A stretch of DNA of 64,000 nucleotides, taken from assembly GCA_035567035.1 (NCBI GenBank), contig DATMPO010000092.1, positions 15,168 through 79,167 on the forward strand, in the 5' to 3' direction. The notes under the pieces were generated by a model that ran no database searches, was not told where the DNA came from, and saw only the letters and a program-made list of their open reading frames with translations. The stretch is from Verrucomicrobiia bacterium (GTDB lineage Bacteria; Acidobacteriota; Terriglobia; Terriglobales; Acidobacteriaceae). Below, one piece after another: positions 37,484 through 45,508 of this stretch. Position 1 is the stretch's first letter, and the number at the start of each line of letters is the position of its first letter. Position numbers and translations under genes: made by a program.

Positions 37484-40400
37484 CTACGGTTCTTGTTGCT
37501 CTTCCTCCTCATTGCCCGTTCCTGAACTGGGCGCGCCTTCGGACTTGATCTCGATCGGGCCGCCCGCGAACAGCGTGCTCGCCCCGTGTTCCACGGCCTG
37601 TTTGTTGAAGGCCGCCACGTCCGTATTCAGGAAGTTGTTGATCCTGGCCAGCTCGGTATCCAGTTGTTTGCGGACTTCCGCGGCTTCCTCAAGCTGGATG
37701 TCTCTGGGCGCTTCGCCCGAGGACCCCATAACGCTGCGCATCATGCCTTGCAGGCGGTTCTGAAAGCGCTGCAGGTAATGGATGTCGTCCTGGCTGCCGG
37801 GCTGGATCTCACTGTTATAGAGCGGGTCCTGCATGGCGATGATTTTCTTGTCCAGGGCCCGCGCCTGTTCGAGCACAGGTCTGTACGAGACGTTGGTTGC
37901 TCCGTCCTGTCCTTCGTCAGGGCCCAGGAGCTCCTGCAAGCTGGCAATCTGTTTGTGCAGGCTGTTGAGACGGTTCAGCGCGTTGTGCAGGGCGGAAACT
38001 TCATCGCGCAACTGGAGCCCCAGGTTGAACTGCGCGCGCAGAGCGTTGTCGTCAAACTTGAAGCGCGGATCCATCCCGACTTCCACGGTCTGTGTTTCGG
38101 TTTTGCCGTTCACGGTCACTGCTATTTTGTAGGTCCCAGGCAAGGCGTTGGGGCCGATGCTGGGATCGAAGAAAAATTCCTCCTCGTCGCCTCTTTCCGG
38201 CGGAGGCAGGAAGTTCAGTTTCTTGGGACCGTCATAGCGCAGGTTCCAGGCTGCGCGGTTCACGCCGTACTTGCTCGGGCCGTACATGGTGCGGATGACT
38301 TGTCCGCCGCTGTCTGAAATTGTGATTTTTACCGCCGTCTCGCCTTGCGCTCTCCGGCGCGGGCGGTCAGCGTTCTCTTTGTTGTCTTTGATTTCAGCCG
38401 GCAAGTAGTACGTGATGACCGCGCCGGACATCGGATTGGGCGCTACGTACCCGCCGGACGCGAAGCCATGTTTGCTCCAACTGTGCCAGTTGACCGCCGG
38501 CTGCAGGGGATAGAGATGGAAGTCGCTCTTCGCGAGATCGGCCCCGCTCTCTTCCAGAGGCGTGATGTCATCCAGCACGAAAAGGCCGCGGCCGTGTGTG
38601 GCCACCACCAGGTCGTGGGTCTTTTTAATGAACTTCACGTCATAAATCGGCACTGTCGGGAAATTGCTCTTGATGGGCGTCCAATGCGCGCCGTCGTCGC
38701 TGGAGTAGAACACGCCGGTGTCCGTTCCCAGGACCAGGAAGCCTTTGCGATTCGGGTCCTCGCGGACTACGCGGGCCGGATCTTCCTGTGGCAGGCCGTG
38801 GGCAATCGACGTCCAGGTCTTGCCGCCGTCGTGAGTCTTGAAAACGTAAGGTTTGTTGTTTTCAACTTCGTGGAAGTCTACCGCCACGTACGCCGAGTTG
38901 ACATCGCTGGGTGAGGCGTCAATCTGCTGAATGCGTCCCCATTGCGGCAGGTTGGCCATGGCGGACGTTACGTTGTTCCAGCTCTTGCCTCCGTCACGCG
39001 TTACCTGCACCACTCCGTCATCGGTGCCGACCCAGATGGTCTTCGGGTCGAGCGGAGAGATGGACATGGAAAGAATAGCGCCAACGGTTTCCGCGCCGCT
39101 CAGGTCGAGAAAGATTGGGCCGCCGCTGCTCTGCTGCTTGGTTTTGTCGTTGCGCGTAAGGTCGGGGCTGATCGGGGTCCAGTGAGCGCCGCCGTCCGTC
39201 GAGCGGAACACGACGTTGCCGCCCAGGTAAACCTCATTCGGATCGGTGGCGGAGACAGCAATCGGCGAAGTCCAGTTAAAGCGATATTTCAGGTCGGCGG
39301 GCTTCATGGACTGCACGCCCTGCAGATACGGACGGACAAAGCTGGACATGCCGTTTTCATTGTTCAGCCGCTGGATGGACCCGTTCTGGGAATCGGTGTA
39401 AACCACGTGTGTGCCCTTGCCGCGGGCCGGCACAACGTATTCACCGTCGCCGCCGGTCACCGTGTACCACTCAAAACCGCTAATGCCGCCGCGGCTCAGG
39501 CTGTTGGACGGTCCGCACCAGCCATTGTTGTCCTGCAGGCCGCCGCAGAGGTTGTAGGGAGTCTCGTCGTCTTCGGCCACCGAATAAAACTGCTCAATCG
39601 GAAGATTGTCCAGATAGCGCCAGGTGCGGCCGGCATCTGCGCTGATGTAAGCTCCACCGTCGTTGCCGTTGATGATGCGGTTGGGATCTTCCGGATCAAT
39701 CCACATTGCATGATGGTCCACGTGGACGCGCGCCGACGTGGCACGCGCGGTCTTGCCGCCATCTTCCGACAGCATAATGTTGAACGACAGGAAATACACC
39801 TTGTTCTCGTCTTTGGGAGAAACCATCAGCTCGCTGAAGTAGAACCCGCGCGCCGCCAGAAGGTGATTGTTGCTTACCATCTTCCAGTGGTCGCCCAGGT
39901 CCGTGGTGTCGTAGAGAACGCCCTTCTTGTTTTCCACCAGCGCGTACACGTGCCGCGGATTGCTGGGAGCTGCGCCGAGGCCGATGCGTCCCGTGGCCCC
40001 TTCCGGCAGGCCTTCGCTGAGTTTCTTCCAGGTATTGCCGCCGTCCACCGAGCGGAAAATGCCGCCGCTGGTGCCGCCGTCTTCGAGCGCCCAGGGGTAG
40101 CGACGCATGTGCCACAGTCCGGCAAAGAGCACCATAGGATTGCCGGGGTCCATGACCAGCGAGCTGACGCCGGTTTCATCGTCCACGAAGAGAACCTTCT
40201 GCCAGTTTTTCCCGCCATCGGTCGTACGGAAAACGCCGCGCTCGGTGTTCGGGCCCCAGGCATGTCCCAGCACGCCGACGAACACGATGTTCGGGTCGCC
40301 GGGATCGATCACAATGTTGGAAATCTGTCCGGCATCTCGCAAGCCCATGAACTTCCACGTGGCGCCCGCGTCGGAAGAAAAGTAAACACCTTTGCCGGTG

Positions 40401-40792
40401 ATCAGGTCATTCCGCGGGTTCTTTTCGCCGGTGCCCACCCAGACCAGGCTGGGATTCGAAGGGGCCAGGGCAATCGCTCCGATGGAAGCCGTGGACTCCT
40501 TCTCAAAGATGGCTTTCCAGGAAAGCCCGCCATCCTGGGTGTACCAAACGCCGCCGCCGGCAGCGCCCGCATAGTAGACGTTGGGCTTGCCGGGAATTCC
40601 CACCACCGCGGTGACGCGTCCTCCGCCCACAGCGGGGCCAAGGTTGCGGAACTTCATGTTCTCCAACGGGTCTTTGGATTTAGTGTCAGCCGATTTGGTG
40701 TCTTCGGGTTTTTGCTCCTGCGCGGAAATCACGGCGGTTGCCATGCACGCTGCAGCTGCGACAATGGACATCAGTTTCAATAGTGTTTTCAT
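37484..40792 (-). CDS. Sortilin/VPS10-type BNR-repeat (GH74-like) secreted protein
   Basis: ATG 40792 gives signal peptide MKTLLKLMSIVAAAACMATAVISA. At least 10 SxDxGxTW-type BNR motifs (TQDGGLSWK, SSDAGATWK, TTDGGKNWQ, SVDGGNTWK, STDGGAHWT, TRDGGKSWN, THDGGKTWT, SSDDGAHWT). Confidence 0.8.
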   Translation of the reverse strand: MKTLLKLMSIVAAAACMATAVISAQEQKPEDTKSADTKSKDPLENMKFRNLGPAVGGGRVTAVVGIPGKPNVYYAGAAGGGVWYTQDGGLSWKAIFEKESTASIGAIALAPSNPSLVWVGTGEKNPRNDLITGKGVYFSSDAGATWKFMGLRDAGQISNIVIDPGDPNIVFVGVLGHAWGPNTERGVFRTTDGGKNWQKVLFVDDETGVSSLVMDPGNPMVLFAGLWHMRRYPWALEDGGTSGGIFRSVDGGNTWKKLSEGLPEGATGRIGLGAAPSNPRHVYALVENKKGVLYDTTDLGDHWKMVSNNHLLAARGFYFSELMVSPKDENKVYFLSFNIMLSEDGGKTARATSARVHVDHHAMWIDPEDPNRIINGNDGGAYISADAGRTWRYLDNLPIEQFYSVAEDDETPYNLCGGLQDNNGWCGPSNSLSRGGISGFEWYTVTGGDGEYVVPARGKGTHVVYTDSQNGSIQRLNNENGMSSFVRPYLQGVQSMKPADLKYRFNWTSPIAVSATDPNEVYLGGNVVFRSTDGGAHWTPISPDLTRNDKTKQQSSGGPIFLDLSGAETVGAILSMSISPLDPKTIWVGTDDGVVQVTRDGGKSWNNVTSAMANLPQWGRIQQIDASPSDVNSAYVAVDFHEVENNKPYVFKTHDGGKTWTSIAHGLPQEDPARVVREDPNRKGFLVLGTDTGVFYSSDDGAHWTPIKSNFPTVPIYDVKFIKKTHDLVVATHGRGLFVLDDITPLEESGADLAKSDFHLYPLQPAVNWHSWSKHGFASGGYVAPNPMSGAVITYYLPAEIKDNKENADRPRRRAQGETAVKITISDSGGQVIRTMYGPSKYGVNRAAWNLRYDGPKKLNFLPPPERGDEEEFFFDPSIGPNALPGTYKIAVTVNGKTETQTVEVGMDPRFKFDDNALRAQFNLGLQLRDEVSALHNALNRLNSLHKQIASLQELLGPDEGQDGATNVSYRPVLEQARALDKKIIAMQDPLYNSEIQPGSQDDIHYLQRFQNRLQGMMRSVMGSSGEAPRDIQLEEAAEVRKQLDTELARINNFLNTDVAAFNKQAVEHGASTLFAGGPIEIKSEGAPSSGTGNEEEEQQEP

Positions 40793-40919
40793 AAACAGCT
40801 CCCAGGCATCAATGATGCGACCGCGAATCATACCGCAAATGCGGGTGCCTTGGCTTCCCACCCGGAGCAGGCCGTGTGACCCGACTGTCTAGCCGCCCCA
40901 ACCGCTCGGCCGATTCCCT

Positions 40920-41230
40920 GCTAACAGGGAAAATAACAGGGGAGAACGCGAGCGCTTGGATACTCCAGACATGCAAAACCTCGATTCCACGGGCCTTTCG
41001 TGAACCTTTTTCCCGGACGGAGTCGATTCGTAACAGGGAGCGAACAGGGAAGGAACAGGGAAGGAACAGGGGGGAATCGCCGTGATCGCACGTGATCGCC
41101 GTCATCGGAGCCATTTGCTATTTGCCAATTGCTTCTTTCTGGCTGATTGCTGACTTGCTTTCTTCCGATCTGCGTCATCTGCGTTATCAGCGGTATGTTT
41201 TTCTGGCTTTTGTTTTTTGCCATTCGCTTG
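40920..41230. repeat. Composite patch of short tandem/degenerate repeats
   Basis: AACAGGGA(A/G) units (40923-40948, 41031-41072), GTGATCGC x2 plus GTCATCGG (41082-41108), a fragment of the GCAAATAGCAAAT MITE arm (41111-41158), and CTGCGTCAT/CTGCGTTAT/CAGCGGTAT (41167-41193). Confidence 0.7.
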
Positions 41231-41345
41231 TTTTTCCCTCCAAAGTTCGCGCATGGTACCGCGAAACTCTTGCGAAAAGCAATAGCAAAGTTGTCCATGT
41301 TTTCAATGAGTTACGCGATGGCCGCTTTTTCCGTTTTTACTGGCT

Positions 41346-41567
41346 TTAAACCCGATTCGAATCCCACGCCGGCGGCCCAAGGGGTTCGCGATGGCTCGCG
41401 ATTCCCGCCTCCACGTCCTTGGCAAAATCCTCGTCCAGAGTGGCCGTCGAGCCATGCTCCCGCGCCACGCGCAATGACTCAGACAGCAAGCGCACGGAAG
41501 GCTCGACCGGATGAACCACGGCCACAGGAAGGCCAAACAACCAAGAAACTCTATCTCCGACAGGCTC
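41346..41567 (-). pseudogene. Possible remnant of an AbrB/SpoVT-type antitoxin C-terminal half
   Basis: Frame open from stop at 41568-41570. GDRVSWLFGLPVAVVHPVEPS...LDEDFAKDVEAGIASHREPL resembles VapB/MazE-type tails. No N-terminal half, no ATG, no RBS. Confidence 0.25.
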
Positions 41568-41790
41568 TCAGGCCGTCCCCATTTTTCTTGGTGAACGTCC
41601 CGTCTGTCCCCGTCGGTCCCCGCAGTTGGCGAAATCGCGCCTTTATTGAGTCACCAGTTTCACCGATGTAGATAAGCCCCACTTGACCGTGGCAGCGAAG
41701 CCGATATAGGCCAGGACTATCTGCACCTCTTACCTCGTCCAATCGGTGCCACTCAGACCATGCGTGCTTTTCCCACGATGCCGACTGCAC
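41551..41790 (-). pseudogene. Truncated GIY-YIG nuclease-domain fragment
   Basis: PGLYRLRCHGQVGLIYIGETGDSIKARFRQL matches the GIY...YIG...R motif order. The reading frame then runs into GGGGAC-type repeats (41576-41622) and stops. GTG-only start. Confidence 0.45.
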
Positions 41791-41824
41791 GTCATCTGAG
41801 ATCGGGCATCGCGAGAAACCCTGC

Positions 41825-42418
41825 TTACCGGCCCGGCCTGGCGGCCTTGCGTTTGTCTTTTTCAGCTATCAGTAGCCCGCCCAGGCTCCAGAGGAATTTG
41901 TCGAGTTGCTTGAAGGTGACTGAAGTCAGGCCGTAGAAGGTGCGAAAAGCCGTTACCACTTTGACGAACTGCTGATACGAATAGCTCCCACGACGGTAGG
42001 TTGTGAAGTGGTCTTGCTTTTTGTACGACCAAAGACATTCATCGACATAGCGGTCATATAGGGGGTAAGCGGTGGGGTTGTGCCAACTGCAAAACTTCGA
42101 CCCAAAGGAAAAGTATTTTTCCTTGAGTACGCCACAGTTGATGATGTCATCGACCACAGCGGATTTGCCTTCAGCGAGGGCCGCGTCGATGTGAAGTCCC
42201 GTTATGTGGCGCGCAACGGTGTCAACATACTTCTTAGGAATTCCTGCGCCGTAGAGGTTATTGACCGCCACAACCTTTAGCAGGACGTGGGAGTTCTCGG
42301 CGTTGTGAGGAAAGGCGCGCAGGAGTTGCCCGAGTGCCTCCTCGATCACTCGGTACTCGCTGTTGAATTTATCGCCTTCAGCGTTGACGAGTTCGACAGT
42401 TGGAGGCGGCAGCAGCAC
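41825..42418 (-). CDS. Hypothetical protein (197 aa), no confident family assignment, possibly decaying
   Basis: The ORF contains no Met codon. The only start option is GTG at 42418, without a Shine-Dalgarno. About 40% GC in a sampled line. FGSKFCSWHNPTAYPLYDRYVDECLW and KQLDKFLWSLG segments are the most conserved-looking parts. Confidence 0.4.
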   Translation of the reverse strand: MLLPPPTVELVNAEGDKFNSEYRVIEEALGQLLRAFPHNAENSHVLLKVVAVNNLYGAGIPKKYVDTVARHITGLHIDAALAEGKSAVVDDIINCGVLKEKYFSFGSKFCSWHNPTAYPLYDRYVDECLWSYKKQDHFTTYRRGSYSYQQFVKVVTAFRTFYGLTSVTFKQLDKFLWSLGGLLIAEKDKRKAARPGR

Positions 42419-42607
42419 CGGTTTATTCTAACGGATGGCGCTCCCTGCGCGGCATTGTACCGGCCACGACGGCGGGCCAGAATGTGGCGCACGCGGGTCG
42501 CCCCGGTTTACTTTGCGGTCTTCGTCTTACCAGCCACGCGGGCGCCGCTAAGTGCAAACCACGGGTACGGCCCGTGAAAAAACCTCAGCGTGGCGGCAGG
42601 CGGGTCT

Positions 42608-42775
42608 TTTAAAACGCGCTTTTTTTCTGTTCCATGATGTGCAGTCGCCCGTCCAGGTTCGCAATCATCTTGCAGAGGACTTCGGTCGTTGGATTGCGTT
42701 CAATCGGGCCGTGGGTAACGCCATTGGCAAACTCGATTGAGATTGTCTTGTCGGTCACGTTCAATATCGCTGGCA
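42608..42775 (-). CDS. Small hypothetical protein (55 aa), not in the ORF track
   Basis: Hand translation: MPAILNVTDKTISIEFANGVTHGPIERNPTTEVLCKMIANLDGRLHIMEQKKSAF, stop TAA 42608-42610. AAGGAGGGAAG lies upstream of the ATG at 42775. Sits just after the R-M operon terminator. Confidence 0.45.
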
Positions 42776-42806
42776 TCTTTGTGTCTTCCCTCCTTTATTC
42801 GATTGA

Positions 42807-42829
42807 GAAAAGGGGTCAGCCCCATTTTT
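42807..42829 (-). terminator. Probable intrinsic terminator of the R-M operon
   Basis: Minus-strand RNA AAAAAUGGGGCUGACCCCUUUUCUC. GGGG/CCCC stem extended by A/U pairs, then a U-rich tail, about 50 nt after the endonuclease stop. Confidence 0.4.
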
Positions 42830-42876
42830 CGCAGACTTTGCATGGCGGCATAGAACGTGTTGTAAACCCGGTCCGG

Positions 42877-43608
42877 TTAGTTTTCCTCGTTGTCACTGTC
42901 GTCGCTGTCTTGCTCCGTACCAGTGGCGGTCGGCGGCTTCTTCGGTTTGACGACCTTGCCGGTCTCGTAGAACGTGGTCAGGGACGCGACATACTCCTCA
43001 GGAGCTATCGGATTCTCGCCCAGCTTTTCGGCAAATTTGCGGCCAGGATGCAGAACGTCCCACGCCGAGCGGTATTGATCTTTGCGCCGCACGCCGGGGT
43101 CTTTATTGCCGAATCCGTCTATCACTAGATTCCAGACGGGACGAAATTGCTCGATGAGCATGTTTTCCCCAAGGGGGATAAAAATCTCGTCCACGACCAG
43201 CGCGCGGAACGTGAAATCACCGACCTTCAGGTCCTTGGCCTCTTCGATGGAGGTGTAGTGCTGGCCGATCCGATCGCGTAGCGCCTTGCCTCTCATGGCG
43301 CTGTCGTCATCGGTGAAGCCTCCTTTGCGCCCACCTTTCGGGATCGCCTTGCCGATGTAAATTGGTTGGTTGAACCTGCCTTTCGCATTTTGCTCAGCGA
43401 TAGGCCCGTAGAGGGGGAAGTCCCCGGTGTAGTAGATGATGTAGACCCCTGCTCCACCCAGATCATCAGTCTTGGACATTGGGCGCGGTTCTTGATCCAG
43501 GATCGCACGCACGATGCTTTCCGCGAGATTCCTTTTTTGGAGCGGGTTGTATGGTCTATCGTGGTTCAACGATTCCTCGCGCGCATTATTTTTTTTCGGG
43601 CGCCACAT
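42877..43608 (-). CDS. Eco29kI-family (GIY-YIG) type II restriction endonuclease
   Basis: 243 aa. GAGVYIIYYTGDFPLYGPI, PIYIGKAIPKGGRKGG, IDGFGNKDPGVRRKDQYRSAWDVLHPGR match the RE_Eco29kI pattern as remembered. Acidic tail DSDDSDNEEN. Start overlaps the dcm 3' end by 23 nt. Confidence 0.7.
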   Translation of the reverse strand: MWRPKKNNAREESLNHDRPYNPLQKRNLAESIVRAILDQEPRPMSKTDDLGGAGVYIIYYTGDFPLYGPIAEQNAKGRFNQPIYIGKAIPKGGRKGGFTDDDSAMRGKALRDRIGQHYTSIEEAKDLKVGDFTFRALVVDEIFIPLGENMLIEQFRPVWNLVIDGFGNKDPGVRRKDQYRSAWDVLHPGRKFAEKLGENPIAPEEYVASLTTFYETGKVVKPKKPPTATGTEQDSDDSDNEEN

Positions 43609-44776
43609 CGATCGATTTTGCTCGGAGCGTTCCGGCTACCGACGCCGCGATCCCTTCGGCAAGCCGGACCGGCACCGCATTGCCCAATTGACGCATGGCC
43701 TCTGTCCAAGCTCCGCGGAAAGTATAGTCGTCCGGGAATGTCTGGAGCCGTGCCGCCTCTCGCACGGTGAAATACCGCACGGATCCATCCACGCGCGCAA
43801 GCATGTTTTCCCCGCCGGGCACGCCGTGATCGCCCGCCTTGAGTGTTTTCGCGGGCTCGTCGAGCGGACTGCCAGTGTGACCGGGGTAGGCCCGCGCACC
43901 GGGATTGAAGGTGTGGTTCGGAATTTCGCACCGCAGATTTCTCTCTGGGTCCGGTAAATCTCCGATCGCGTCCCGCACTGTCACCCATGGCAACTTGCCG
44001 GCGTCGAACAAGTAGTCTGTGCGGAGTCTTTCAACGCGCGACGCTAGGCGCTCAGTAAGCTTCGGCCGTTGCTGCCTGCCAACCTTGTGTCGATCCCAAT
44101 ACTCGCCGGTTATCCATTGCGAGCGCAGCAAAGTACTCTCCGAGTACTGGCCCTCCGGGAAGCTCCATTCCACGCCGAGATCGGAACGGAATCCGACGAG
44201 AAACACGCGCTCGCGGCGCTGGGGCACTCCGTAATTAGCGGCGTTGAGCAGCCGAAAGACCACGTTGTATTCCGTTCGATCCCGCATCGATGTGTGGTAC
44301 TTTTCAAGCCGCGCCCGGTGCTCCCTCCAAGTTTCAGACTTGCGGTGTATAAAACTCGGATGCGTGAGCTGCAAATGGATGTATTCGAAATAGTCGGCGA
44401 ACGATTCCCGCAACAGGCCCTTGACATTCTCGAAGATGAGCGCCTTCGGCCGCAATTCGCGCACCGCGCGCACAGCTTCGGGAAACATATCGCGCTTATC
44501 CATGTAACCGCGGTGCTTCCCGCCAAGTGAGAACGGTTGGCACGGAGGCCCGCCGGACACCACCATGACATCGTTGAGCCTACCGTAGTCGAATTTCTTG
44601 ACATCGCCCTCGTAGAGCGGCCATTCCTCGACGGATCGTATCCGGTGCCGTTGGTTTTCACGGAATGTCTCGCAGGCGTCGTGATCCCACTCGATCACCG
44701 CAGCGTGATGAAATCCCGCGTTCGACATGCCGATCGCGAGCCCCCCGGCACCGGCGAACAATTCAACACTCCGCAT
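43586..44776 (-). CDS. dcm: DNA (cytosine-5)-methyltransferase
   Basis: 396 aa. ELFAGAGGLAIG (motif I), GGPPCQPFSLGGK (motif IV), ENVKGL (VI), QRRERVFLVG (VIII), GNAVPV (X). Confidence 0.95.
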   Translation of the reverse strand: MRSVELFAGAGGLAIGMSNAGFHHAAVIEWDHDACETFRENQRHRIRSVEEWPLYEGDVKKFDYGRLNDVMVVSGGPPCQPFSLGGKHRGYMDKRDMFPEAVRAVRELRPKALIFENVKGLLRESFADYFEYIHLQLTHPSFIHRKSETWREHRARLEKYHTSMRDRTEYNVVFRLLNAANYGVPQRRERVFLVGFRSDLGVEWSFPEGQYSESTLLRSQWITGEYWDRHKVGRQQRPKLTERLASRVERLRTDYLFDAGKLPWVTVRDAIGDLPDPERNLRCEIPNHTFNPGARAYPGHTGSPLDEPAKTLKAGDHGVPGGENMLARVDGSVRYFTVREAARLQTFPDDYTFRGAWTEAMRQLGNAVPVRLAEGIAASVAGTLRAKSIDVAPEKK

Positions 44777-45215
44777 TGAGAAACCTCCTTATCCTTGACT
44801 GCAGGCGCGCTGCGTCCTTAACATGGCACTCCCAAATCGTGAGCACCTTCCATCCCTGTTTCGCCAGGGTGCGCTTAACTCTTCGATCACGTATCTTATT
44901 ACCTTCGAGTTTCGGAACCCAGAAATCCAGCCGAGACTTGGGCAACCGAGCCAGCGCACAAGCCGCATGCCGATGCCAGAAGCACCCATGAACGAAGATA
45001 ACCTTTCGCGCCTTTCTGAAAACGAGGTCCGGGTGACCCGGTAAATCCTTCGCGTGAAGCCTGTATCGGTATCCAAGGGCGAAAACAAGCTTGCGAACGA
45101 ACAACTCCGGTCGCGAGTTCTTCGAACGGACTCGCCCCATGATCTCCGATCTCTCTGCAGGAGAAAGACTGTCCACACGCTCTACGCTCCTTGTGAGCCG
45201 CCAAAAAGCGGCCAT
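44763..45215 (-). CDS. vsr: Very-short-patch repair endonuclease
   Basis: 150 aa. RSEIMGRVRSKNSRPE, PGHPDLVF, IFVHGCFWHRH, NKIRDRR. 14-nt overlap with the dcm start. Confidence 0.9.
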   Translation of the reverse strand: MAAFWRLTRSVERVDSLSPAERSEIMGRVRSKNSRPELFVRKLVFALGYRYRLHAKDLPGHPDLVFRKARKVIFVHGCFWHRHAACALARLPKSRLDFWVPKLEGNKIRDRRVKRTLAKQGWKVLTIWECHVKDAARLQSRIRRFLNAEC

Positions 45216-45361
45216 TTGCCTGAGATATATTGCTCAGTCGCCTCGCGAACTACCCACGCGAGCGAAACCTTCTTTTCCTTGGCAATGGCTTCGAGCGTCT
45301 CGTAAATATCAGGTGGAAAGCTGATCGATGCGCGAACTGCGGCAGGGCTTTGGGTCTTCAT
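45182..45361 (-). CDS. Ribbon-helix-helix (CopG/Arc/MetJ) protein, 59 aa, first gene of the R-M operon (not in ORF track)
   Basis: Hand translation: MKTQSPAAVRASISFPPDIYETLEAIAKEKKVSLAWVVREATEQYISGKWPLFGGSQGA. GGGAGAG about 10 nt upstream of the ATG at 45361. Beta-strand/helix/helix pattern of the RHH family. Overlaps the vsr start by 34 nt. Confidence 0.7.
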   Translation of the reverse strand: MKTQSPAAVRASISFPPDIYETLEAIAKEKKVSLAWVVREATEQYISGKWPLFGGSQGA

Positions 45362-45411
45362 CTTTGTTGTGCTCTCCCTTTCTGGCCTTCATCCTTGCGG
45401 ACGTTGATTGT

Positions 45412-45446
45412 GTTCACCACTTTACACCATGTCGGTGAACCCTTAA
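45412..45446 (-). promoter_or_regulatory. Candidate promoter with inverted-repeat operator for the RHH operon
   Basis: On the minus strand: TTAAGG-16 nt-TAAAGT. Inverted repeat GTTCACC (45412-45418) / GGTGAAC (45434-45440) straddles the -10 element. Confidence 0.3.
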
Positions 45447-45484
45447 AAGGATACTTCAGGCTGCCCCAATCGGCCTACCTGAAG
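45446..45484 (-). terminator. Probable terminator of the TIR gene
   Basis: CTTCAGG / CCTGAAG 7-bp stem (45454-45460 / 45478-45484) followed on the minus strand by UAUCCUUUUAAGG. Begins 25 nt after the TIR stop. Confidence 0.4.
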
Positions 45485-45508
45485 TCGGGTTGCGGAAAGC
45501 GACCAGAT

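Noticed and set aside
41340-41370. GATTCGAATCC string resembling a tRNA T-loop, as a possible tRNA or att remnant at the island border
   Set aside because: Flanking bases cannot form a T-stem or an acceptor stem on either strand, and no cloverleaf can be drawn.
41147-41671. 174-aa plus-strand ORF, with ORFs 40921-41298 (-) and 41092-41349 (+), across the repeat graveyard
   Set aside because: These are composed of translated short repeats, with no RBS and no domain-like sequence.
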